Source: a bacterium (GTDB lineage Bacteria; Bacillota; Clostridia; Oscillospirales; CAG-272). From it: a DNA stretch of 64,000 nt. Positions 35,959 through 44,023 of this stretch are shown here, one piece after another (the first letter of the stretch is position 1; every line of letters begins with the position of its first letter). The stretch is taken from assembly GCA_963627065.1 (NCBI GenBank), contig CAVGAA010000002.1, positions 45,346 to 109,345 on the forward strand. Reading direction: 5' to 3'. The position numbers were made by a program, and so were the translations under genes. Below the pieces are notes generated by a model. That model did no database searches. It had not been told where the DNA came from and was given only the letters and a program-made list of their open reading frames with translations.

Positions 35959-37989
35959 TTATTCTGCGTCTGCGGAAGTTTCTGCTTCGGGAGCGTAGTC
36001 CTCGGGCATAGCCTCGGCTTCGGCAACCTCGTCTTCAAGCAGGGAACGAATGGAGAGGCTGACTTTCTGCTTCTCATCGTCAATGTCGATGATGCGTGCA
36101 TCGACTACCTGACCGACTTCGAGAACGTCGGAGGGCTTTGCAATGCGTTGCATAGCAATCTGCGAGATGTGAATCAAACCGTCAACGCCGTCCATAATTT
36201 CGGCAAATGCACCGAATGGCATCAGGCTGACAATCTTCACGCTTGCAACATCACCGATAGCGTACTGCGAACGGAAAATGTTCCAAGGATTGGTTTCTTC
36301 GGTTCTGTAACCGAGGGAAATCCGTTTTGTTTCGGGGTTGAAACTCTTGACGAAAACCGTCAGAGGCTCGCCGACCGTGACAACGTCTTCCGGCTTGTGA
36401 ATGTGTTTCCAAGAGAGTTCTGTCAGGTGAACCATACCGTCAACACCCGATCCGAGATCGACGAATGCACCGTAGGGGGTGGTGCTTCTGACAACACCGG
36501 TGTAGACCTTGCCGACTTCGATGTCAGCCCAGAATGCAGCCTCTTTTTCACGGCGTTCCTCACGCTGAACAAGACGGATCGAACCGATTGCCTTCTTGCC
36601 GGCTTTGGTTTCGATGATGCGGTATTTGACGGTCGTTCCGACCAAGGTCGAGAGATCGCCGTCCTTCGGGACACCGGTCTGCGATGCGGGGATAAAGACA
36701 CGGTTGGCGTTGTTGTAAACTACGACACCGCCTTTAACAGCCTCAGCGACTTTGCCTTCCAGAACGGTTTTGTTCTCGCAGGCATCCTCAACGTTTTTCC
36801 AGTTGCGGTCGGAGTCGACTCTCTTTTTGGAAAGTTCGGCAAATCCTTCCACGTCGCTGACACGGATGACGAACGCTTCTACTTTGTCACCTTTTTTGAA
36901 ATTGTCGGTTAACTTGTAAGCAGGATCGTCGCTAATCTGGTCAGCTTTGATATAGCCGGTTACGCTTGAGCCGACATCAAGCAGCAATTCAGCATCGGAC
37001 ACCTGTGTAACGGTACCGGTAACAACATCTCCTGTATTTAAAGTAACGCATTGCGTTTCGTCGAGCATTTTTTCGAAATTTTCATTCATTTCGCTCATGG
37101 TTTTATATACCTCCTCTATTTCATTGCACGGTGTCGATGCACCTGCAACAATTCCTGCGTGATGTGTTCCCGCCGGTATCCGACGATCCCACGTTGCAAC
37201 CGAAGTGATCCGACAAGTATTCGGACATGCGGAACGGCAAATTTCGGCAAGTTTTTCGGTATTGGAACTTTCCCGTCCCCCGATGACGAGCATCAGGTCG
37301 CAGGTCCGTGCCAACCGATTCGCTTCCGACTGGCGTTCTTCGGTCACTCTGCATATTGTATCATAAATAACTGCATTTGTACAGATATTTTGCAAAACTT
37401 TTTGGCAGTTGTGCCAATTGCCCAAATTCAAGGTCGTTTGAGCGACCATAACGGGAACTTTTTTGTCTATTTTGACGGTCCCGTTCGGCGAAATGCCCAA
37501 ACGCAGAGATTCCGCATCGGGAAAGACGTATTTTTCACCGTCAAACCAACTTAGAATTCCGACGACTTCCGGATGTGCCTCGTTTCCGATGACAAGCAGA
37601 ATTTTGTCGCCTGCGGAATTTTCTTCGGCGATTTTGTGTATTTTTTTGACGTAAGGGCAGGTGCAATCGATCCAACGGAAATACGGATTTTCCCTTGCAT
37701 GGCGGTCGAGCAGTTCGGCGACCTCTTTGGTGCAACCGTGAGCCCTGACCAGTACCGTGACGTGACGGCTTTCGCAGGCGTTTTCCGCCAGTTTCGGCAA
37801 ATCCTGCTCGCATACCGCCAAGACACCCCGACGGCGAAGCGATTCGTTGTAAACTTCATTGTGGATGAGATGCCCCAGCGTAACGACTGTTTCATTATTC
37901 TTGGCATCTTTCAGTGCGACTTCCAATCTGTCGGTCGCACGCCTGACACCGAAGCAGAAACCGGCGTGCTCGGCAAGCGTAACTTTCAT
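35959..37989 (-). CDS. ispH: bifunctional 4-hydroxy-3-methylbut-2-enyl diphosphate reductase / ribosomal protein S1-domain fusion
   Basis: The N-terminus is LytB/IspH (HAGFCFGVRRA, three Cys ligand regions). About 380 aa of repeated S1 OB-fold modules follow (GxVxxVxxFGAFV-type). Confidence 0.9.
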   Translation of the reverse strand: MKVTLAEHAGFCFGVRRATDRLEVALKDAKNNETVVTLGHLIHNEVYNESLRRRGVLAVCEQDLPKLAENACESRHVTVLVRAHGCTKEVAELLDRHARENPYFRWIDCTCPYVKKIHKIAEENSAGDKILLVIGNEAHPEVVGILSWFDGEKYVFPDAESLRLGISPNGTVKIDKKVPVMVAQTTLNLGNWHNCQKVLQNICTNAVIYDTICRVTEERQSEANRLARTCDLMLVIGGRESSNTEKLAEICRSACPNTCRITSVATWDRRIPAGTHHAGIVAGASTPCNEIEEVYKTMSEMNENFEKMLDETQCVTLNTGDVVTGTVTQVSDAELLLDVGSSVTGYIKADQISDDPAYKLTDNFKKGDKVEAFVIRVSDVEGFAELSKKRVDSDRNWKNVEDACENKTVLEGKVAEAVKGGVVVYNNANRVFIPASQTGVPKDGDLSTLVGTTVKYRIIETKAGKKAIGSIRLVQREERREKEAAFWADIEVGKVYTGVVRSTTPYGAFVDLGSGVDGMVHLTELSWKHIHKPEDVVTVGEPLTVFVKSFNPETKRISLGYRTEETNPWNIFRSQYAIGDVASVKIVSLMPFGAFAEIMDGVDGLIHISQIAMQRIAKPSDVLEVGQVVDARIIDIDDEKQKVSLSIRSLLEDEVAEAEAMPEDYAPEAETSADAE

Positions 37990-38675
37990 TGCATTTTACC
38001 GATGCCGTACTGCTCGAAAATGAGTTTTTGCAGGGCAGACGTACATTCATCCGGTTTCATCCAAGAGTTGTCGAAAACCGTGGCATCGGGTGCGGCAACG
38101 GCAGGGGCGATTTCACGCTCTCTGTCCTGCTTGTCACGTTGCTTCATATCGGCAAGGACCGATTCGAGGTCGGTTGCAATACCTTTTGCACACAATTCGT
38201 CATATCGCCGTTTTGCACGGCATTCGTCCGAAGCGGTCAAAAAGATTTTGACATCCGCATGGGGGAGAATCACCGTTCCGATGTCCCGACCGTCCATAAT
38301 GACGTTTGTCCGCTCGGCAATGTCCCTCTGCGTATCAAGCAGAAACGCACGCACGGACGGAATGGCGGAAACGGCCGATGCATACATGGAAATTTCGGGC
38401 GTGCGGATTTTGTCGCCCATGCATTCCCCGTTGAGGTAAACCTGTTGCGTGCCGTCCGCATCGTAACGCAAATCCAAGTGAACGGAGGGAAGAAGTTTTG
38501 CAACGCCCTCGGCATCTTTCGGATTCACGCCGTTATCTCTTGTATAGTACCCGACGGTTCTGTATAATGCACCCGTATCGACGTAAACGAAACCGAGCCG
38601 TTTTGCCAATGCTTTGGCAACGGTGGATTTTCCCGCACCGCTCGGACCGTCAATTGCAATTTGAATCGTTTTCAT
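37986..38675 (-). CDS. cmk: cytidylate kinase
   Basis: MKTIQIAIDGPSGAGKSTVAKALAKRLGFVYVDTGALYR. The start was trimmed from the ORF-track extension. There is a 4-nt overlap with ispH/S1. Confidence 0.92.
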   Translation of the reverse strand: MKTIQIAIDGPSGAGKSTVAKALAKRLGFVYVDTGALYRTVGYYTRDNGVNPKDAEGVAKLLPSVHLDLRYDADGTQQVYLNGECMGDKIRTPEISMYASAVSAIPSVRAFLLDTQRDIAERTNVIMDGRDIGTVILPHADVKIFLTASDECRAKRRYDELCAKGIATDLESVLADMKQRDKQDREREIAPAVAAPDATVFDNSWMKPDECTSALQKLIFEQYGIGKMQ

Positions 38676-39948
38676 CGGATGCAAAATCCTCCCTGATTTG
38701 TTCTGCGACACCGAGTCCGGACGCATGACCTGTGGAAAATGCAATCTGGAGATTGAAACCTCCCGTGTAAGCATCCACATCTATGACTTCGCCTGCAAAA
38801 TACAGACCGTGCACCAATTTAGATTCCATTGTTTTGGGCGAAATTTCCGAAACTTTCACACCGCCACGTGTGACAATTGCCTCACGCAGAGGTCGAACGC
38901 CCGAGAGCGGAATGCGAAAACATTTGAGCGTTTTTACAATTGTTTCACGCTCCGATTTTGTAATCGAATGGACCTTTTTATCCTCCGGAATTCCGCATAT
39001 TCCCACAAAAGCAGGAATCATTTTCTGAGGTAACAGATCGGACAGTGCATTGATAAAGTCACGGTTTTTATATTTTTCAAAATCCGACAGTACCCGAAGA
39101 TTGAGTTTCTTCTCATCGAGTGCCGGTTTGAGATCGATTTGCAATTCGTATTTTTTCGGAGCAATATCCGAAAGGTGAGCCGATGCCGAAAGAATGACAG
39201 GCCCCGTCACGCCGAAATGCGTAAAGAGCATCTCGCCGAAATCCTCGTAAACCGTGCGACCGGTGTCGCAGGTGACAATTTTTATCGCAACATTGCGGAG
39301 CGACAAGCCCTGCATCAAGGCACACAAAGGACTGTCCGAAGTCAGGGGTACGAGCGACGGATGAATGTCGGCAACCGTATGCCCTGCCTCTCTCGCAAAG
39401 CGGTAGCCGTCACCGGTCGAACCCGTAAGGGGATAGGATGCACCGCCGGTCGCTATGACAACGGCACTCGCAGGATAAAATCCGCTTTCCGTTTCAAGTC
39501 CCGTAACACGGTTGTTCTCGATTGCTATTTTTTTGACTTCCTCGTGAATGATTTTCACGCCTGCACGGTGACATTCTTTTTCGAGAGCCGATACAATATC
39601 GCCTGCACGGTCGGACACGGGAAATACCCGTTCGCCACGTTCCACTTTGAGCGGAACGCCCAAGCCCTCGAAAAATTCTTTGACATCCGCATTCGAAAAG
39701 TTTGCGAAAGATGCGTACAGAAATCGTGGATTGGTCGGAATATTGGAAAGAAAAGTGTCACGGTCGCAATCGTTTGTGAGGTTGCAACGCCCTTTTCCGG
39801 TAATGCCGAGTTTTCGCCCGACACGGCTGTTTTTTTCGAAAAGGAGTGTCTGAACGCCGTTTGTTGCCGAGGTAATTGCCGATAGCATACCGGCAGGACC
39901 TGCACCGATTACGGCAACGGAGGGGGTGTCAGGATTTTTTCTTGTCAT
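38650..39948 (-). CDS. NAD(P)/FAD-dependent oxidoreductase (HI0933/BaiN-like flavoprotein)
   Basis: VAVIGAGPAGMLSA...GRKLGITGKGRCNLTN is the family signature. The start was trimmed to MTRKNPD. Confidence 0.8.
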   Translation of the reverse strand: MTRKNPDTPSVAVIGAGPAGMLSAITSATNGVQTLLFEKNSRVGRKLGITGKGRCNLTNDCDRDTFLSNIPTNPRFLYASFANFSNADVKEFFEGLGVPLKVERGERVFPVSDRAGDIVSALEKECHRAGVKIIHEEVKKIAIENNRVTGLETESGFYPASAVVIATGGASYPLTGSTGDGYRFAREAGHTVADIHPSLVPLTSDSPLCALMQGLSLRNVAIKIVTCDTGRTVYEDFGEMLFTHFGVTGPVILSASAHLSDIAPKKYELQIDLKPALDEKKLNLRVLSDFEKYKNRDFINALSDLLPQKMIPAFVGICGIPEDKKVHSITKSERETIVKTLKCFRIPLSGVRPLREAIVTRGGVKVSEISPKTMESKLVHGLYFAGEVIDVDAYTGGFNLQIAFSTGHASGLGVAEQIREDFASDENDSNCN

Positions 39949-40792
39949 ACACTTCGTAAAAGTCCCAGATTTCTTCCAACTCTTTGAGCCGTTTGGAAAC
40001 ATCGTCTTTCTTGATGCGGGAAACCGCAACGATGAGTGCGTTGATGATACTGAGCGGAGCAACCAGCGAATCGACAAAGGATGCCATATCGCTCTGTGCC
40101 GCCAATAACTGATCTGCGTTGACTGCCAGAGGGGACTGACGGCTATCGGTCAGGGCAATGATGTTTGCGTGCTGTTTCTTTGCATATTCAACCGCATTGA
40201 TGACACGGCGGGAGTAGCGTGGAAAACTGATTGCAATCATCACGTCGCCGTCGCCGATGTGCATAATCTGTTCGAACAGATCGCTGGCGGATGTTGTCTG
40301 CACGAAACGGACATTGTCGAAAATCATGCGGAAACTGTGGTTCAGAAATCCTGCGAGATAGGAGGAGGAGCGGACGCCTAAAATATAAATGGTTTTGGCA
40401 CTGCAAATCTTTTTGACCGCTTCGTCAAACGCCACTCTGTCGAGTTCGTCATAAGTCCTGCGAATCCGTTCCGCATCCGAGAGCAGAACCTTTTCCGGCA
40501 CGTTTCCGTCACCGATAATCTGGTCCGTAACCTCCATACGCTGAAAAGAGGTCAGACGGGTGCGAATGAGTTTTTTGAGGGAATGTTGGAATTCCGGATA
40601 GCCCTCGAATCCGAGTTCGATTGCAAAACGAACAACGGTGGATTCCGAAACACCGACCAGAGTACTCAGGCGGGAAGCCGTGAGATAAGCCGCTTTGTCG
40701 TAATTTTTGAGGACATATTCCGCAATGCGTTTTTGCCCTTTTGAGAAGGACGGCATTCCTTCCTCAATTGTCCTCAGTAAATCGTCGTTCAT
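39929..40792 (-). CDS. MurR/RpiR-family transcriptional regulator (HTH plus SIS domain)
   Basis: KGQKRIAEYVLKNYDKAAYLTASRLSTLVGVSESTVVRFAIELGFEGYPEF plus a SIS-like C-terminus. The start was trimmed to MNDDLL. Confidence 0.85.
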   Translation of the reverse strand: MNDDLLRTIEEGMPSFSKGQKRIAEYVLKNYDKAAYLTASRLSTLVGVSESTVVRFAIELGFEGYPEFQHSLKKLIRTRLTSFQRMEVTDQIIGDGNVPEKVLLSDAERIRRTYDELDRVAFDEAVKKICSAKTIYILGVRSSSYLAGFLNHSFRMIFDNVRFVQTTSASDLFEQIMHIGDGDVMIAISFPRYSRRVINAVEYAKKQHANIIALTDSRQSPLAVNADQLLAAQSDMASFVDSLVAPLSIINALIVAVSRIKKDDVSKRLKELEEIWDFYEVYDKKKS

Positions 40793-41221
40793 TCTAAAAC
40801 GTCCCTTTCCGACAGCAACCGTTTTGGCTGTCGCCGTTCTATCGGACAGCCCGATGAAAATCGGGTGTCTTTTCGGCAATACAAATTATTATACACCAAA
40901 AAAGCAAAATTGTCAACCCGTTTGGGAAAAAAAGACGTGAAGTGAACCGATTTTACACGAAAAAAGACAAAAATCACCTCTAAAAGCACTGAACAAGCGG
41001 AATGTCGGCTTTTCGAATCCGCGTTGACACGGCTTTCCGAATGACACATTTACCTATCATAAAGTCTGACCGTCTGCAAGCGATTTCTGTATTTCATCGA
41101 TTGATTTATATGGGTTATGATTTTCAATATGCAATTGGCAAAGCATAAAAAGAAAGTAAGGTAACATTTTTGTGGCTTTACGGCTTTCCCGATTTTGTAA
41201 TATATATTCTTTGATTTGCAA

Positions 41222-41250
41222 TTGACAAACCTTACAATAAATGTTATACT
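41222..41250 (+). promoter_or_regulatory. promoter in the AT-rich junction
   Basis: TTGACA, 17 nt, TATACT. It ends about 125 nt upstream of ORF 41376. Confidence 0.45.
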
Positions 41251-41375
41251 GATAGCGAAATAAGAATCTTTGCGGTTTTTATTGGCTAAATCTCACAAAA
41301 AACTGCACGTTGAATTTGTAATTAAACGAATTTCATTTTAAGAAACCGAGAACAGAATTTGTAATCATTTACGGG

Positions 41376-41924
41376 ATGGAAAGGGTTTGCTACTATGCGG
41401 AATCGGCACAGAACTACGCAAATTATAAGACCGATGACCTTGCAACCAAGAACTTGACCGATGCACAAAAGGCACTTCACTCAGCTGACACAACCGCAGC
41501 AATTACGGCAACCGCAGGTCTTACGGTAACGGCAAACGAAAGTTACAAGTGGTTTTCCACTGCATTGCGTCTGGAAAATACCGTGGCAATCCGCATAAAG
41601 TTTACCGCACAGAGCCTTGAAGGACTGACGGTTAAAGTGACTATGAACGGAAGAACCGTGGCTTACGGCGAAAGCAATATCACCGACGAGGGAAATGGGT
41701 ATTACTCTATCATCTTCAACAATATCGGTGCTAATGAATACAATGATTCCGTCACTGCAATTATGGAAAAAGACGGCACACAGATAGGAGAAACATTGAC
41801 ATACAGTGTTTCGGCATACATCCGTGAGGCTGTACATTCCGAATCGACCACCGAAAAGACACTTGCTTTGGTTCGGGCTTTATGGAGTTACGGCGAATCC
41901 GCAAAAGCGGTTTCCGAATCGTAA
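41376..41924 (+). CDS. hypothetical protein, possibly a 5'-truncated remnant of a larger surface-protein gene
   Basis: It has no signal peptide and a weak RBS. It opens mid-motif (CYYAESAQNYANY) and ends with a matching motif (LWSYGESAKAV) around a beta-rich core. AT-rich non-coding DNA lies immediately upstream. Confidence 0.4.
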   Translation: MERVCYYAESAQNYANYKTDDLATKNLTDAQKALHSADTTAAITATAGLTVTANESYKWFSTALRLENTVAIRIKFTAQSLEGLTVKVTMNGRTVAYGESNITDEGNGYYSIIFNNIGANEYNDSVTAIMEKDGTQIGETLTYSVSAYIREAVHSESTTEKTLALVRALWSYGESAKAVSES

Positions 41925-41938
41925 AGGAGGATTGCGAA

Positions 41939-42064
41939 ATGATGAAAACTTTTGATTATATTACTCCTACGGCTGAATTTCTGCCCATTTCCGATATTGA
42001 TTTATTGACTGCCAGTGGGGGCGGTGAAAGTTCGATTGAACTTGACGAGTTTGAAATTCACTGA
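41939..42064 (+). CDS. 41-aa acidic small peptide (hypothetical)
   Basis: A strong SD (AAAGGAGG) sits 8 nt upstream of the ATG ATG start. The sequence is MMKTFDYITPTAEFLPISDIDLLTASGGGESSIELDEFEIH. A 9-11-bp hairpin follows. There is no homology evidence. Confidence 0.35.
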   Translation: MMKTFDYITPTAEFLPISDIDLLTASGGGESSIELDEFEIH

Positions 42065-42078
42065 TTAAATTAAAAAGA

Positions 42079-42110
42079 GACTGCCGTTCGCACAAACGTG
42101 TACGGCAGTC
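42079..42110 (+). terminator. terminator-like hairpin after the 41-aa ORF
   Basis: A 9-bp perfect stem GACTGCCGT/ACGGCAGTC with a 14-nt loop. Only TT follows, so the function is uncertain. Confidence 0.35.
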
Positions 42111-42137
42111 TTACCGTGCTGAAAAGGAGACATCACC

Positions 42138-43184
42138 ATGCGAAAAATGCTTTGTGCCGTATTTGCCCTCGTTCTGATACTCGGAGTTGTGTTCCTTCCG
42201 TCCTGCACGGGCAAAAAGAATAATCCGACATCTACGGACAGCAAACGTACAAACGAAGTACCGACAATCGAAATACCGACAACAGAGCAGGAAACATCAC
42301 CGGTCACGCCGAAAACCGTGGTGGATCTCATACTCTTTATGGGGGACATCAACATGGCAGGAAGAGGGGATAAGACCGCAGATATTACCGTTCCCGCGGG
42401 ACATGCTTATGAATTCCGTGCAATCAGTGATCCGACAAAACTTTATCCTATGACCGCCGATTTCGGCATTGCCGAAAATCTGGAAAACGGCATTGACGAC
42501 GGAAAAAATAAGAGCGGTTCGCTCGTCTCCTCTTTTTGCGAGGAATACTATGCCCAAACCGGCGTTCCTGTTGTAGCGGTCTCAGCAAGTGTGGGCGGAG
42601 TTAATATCGCAGGTTGGGAAAACGGCAAGGGAATTTTGGAAGATGCCATCGATCGGTTGGAGAGTGCAAAAGCGTTTCTTTCTTCGTCCGAAACTTATTC
42701 CGTTCGACATATCTTTATGGTTTGGTCGCACGGAGAAACCGATGCTGTGGAAAATGTGACGGCGGATGTTTATCGAGACGGAGTTCGTACTGTGATTCGC
42801 ACTATGAAACGGCGTGGGGTTGAGAAGTGCTTCCTTATCGGTTGCGGTTCACGCATCGATGCGGTGGCAGGAGTACAGACTATCCGAGAGGCACAGAGTA
42901 TGCTTTGCAGTGAAATGTCGGAGATCGTGCCGGTCTCCACGGCATTCTCCTCTCTGGACGATGAAATGGTAGCCCCCGATCACTATACGCAGACCGGCTA
43001 CTGCAAGGTCGGTATCAATGCAGGATCGAACGCCGGACGATGGGTTCTTTCGCCCGATGACTACGAAATGACGGTCACCAAAACACCCGTGGAAGAGCAT
43101 GATGATTTCAACGGCAACGGTATTGAACTGCCGGAAGATTCTTTTTTGCAGAACACAGAGAGGAAATACATATGGAGGTTCTGA
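42138..43184 (+). CDS. lipoprotein of the SASA/DUF303 carbohydrate-esterase-like fold (sialate O-acetylesterase-like) with an atypical active site
   Basis: Lipobox LPSCTG. LILFMGDINMAGRG aligns to the family block GQSNMxGRG, with Ile in the Ser position. A WSHGETDA block is also present. Confidence 0.6.
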   Translation: MRKMLCAVFALVLILGVVFLPSCTGKKNNPTSTDSKRTNEVPTIEIPTTEQETSPVTPKTVVDLILFMGDINMAGRGDKTADITVPAGHAYEFRAISDPTKLYPMTADFGIAENLENGIDDGKNKSGSLVSSFCEEYYAQTGVPVVAVSASVGGVNIAGWENGKGILEDAIDRLESAKAFLSSSETYSVRHIFMVWSHGETDAVENVTADVYRDGVRTVIRTMKRRGVEKCFLIGCGSRIDAVAGVQTIREAQSMLCSEMSEIVPVSTAFSSLDDEMVAPDHYTQTGYCKVGINAGSNAGRWVLSPDDYEMTVTKTPVEEHDDFNGNGIELPEDSFLQNTERKYIWRF

Positions 43185-44008
43185 CCGAAGCAAGTGCACT
43201 GAATGTAAAAAATTGTGCCTTAAAACGGTTTGCACCGGATGAAGTGCATGTCACGCGAATTTACGGATGCAGTGTGCTGATCCTGATGACAGAAGGAATT
43301 CTTCGCTTTTGCGAAGACGGTGTTTTGATTGAACTGGAAAAAGGTGAGTATTACATTCAACCTGCAAACCGTTTTCAAAGCGGTTATCTCGGTAAAGAAC
43401 CGCTACTTCCGTTCTTTGGAAAAGCACCGAATTATTATTACTTTGAATTCGAGGGTGGCGTTTACGGTGATTCCGAGAAGGATAACGGAATTCCGTTGCG
43501 TGGGACTTGGGACGGTGTGATGATGACTTCTGTTTTACATGCTTGCGAGCTTGCAAACGACCGACTTGCGAATGTCAATCGATTCATGTGCAATGCATAT
43601 CTGTACAAGATACTCGGTTTATTGTATACAAATCGCTCTGAAATAAGTATGAAAATGCAGTTTGTTTCAAAAGTACGGGATTATGTCGATTCGAATTATT
43701 CGAGTGTCACTCTGGTTGATGATATGGCACGCCATTTCGGCTATACACTCGATTATATTTACAAACTGTTCCAGCGGGAGTACGGAGTATCGTTACACCG
43801 ATATTTGCAGACCGTTCGTATGGAGCAGGCACTTTGTATCATTCGGAATACCGACACTCCCATAATACAGATTCCAAGCATTGTCGGGTATGCAAATTAT
43901 ACCTCATTTTACCGTACATTTCTCAAATATTACGGTGTCAGTCCGCAAGCTATGTTAAAAGAAACATTGCCAAAGCGAAAGAATGACAGCCGGAAAGACA
44001 ACATATAG
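43172..44008 (+). CDS. AraC-family transcriptional regulator
   Basis: The C-terminal HTH is MARHFGYTLDYIYKLFQREYG...GYANYTSFYRTFLKYYG. There is a 13-nt overlap with the upstream gene. Confidence 0.85.
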   Translation: MEVLTEASALNVKNCALKRFAPDEVHVTRIYGCSVLILMTEGILRFCEDGVLIELEKGEYYIQPANRFQSGYLGKEPLLPFFGKAPNYYYFEFEGGVYGDSEKDNGIPLRGTWDGVMMTSVLHACELANDRLANVNRFMCNAYLYKILGLLYTNRSEISMKMQFVSKVRDYVDSNYSSVTLVDDMARHFGYTLDYIYKLFQREYGVSLHRYLQTVRMEQALCIIRNTDTPIIQIPSIVGYANYTSFYRTFLKYYGVSPQAMLKETLPKRKNDSRKDNI

Positions 44009-44023
44009 GATAAAGGAGTCCCC

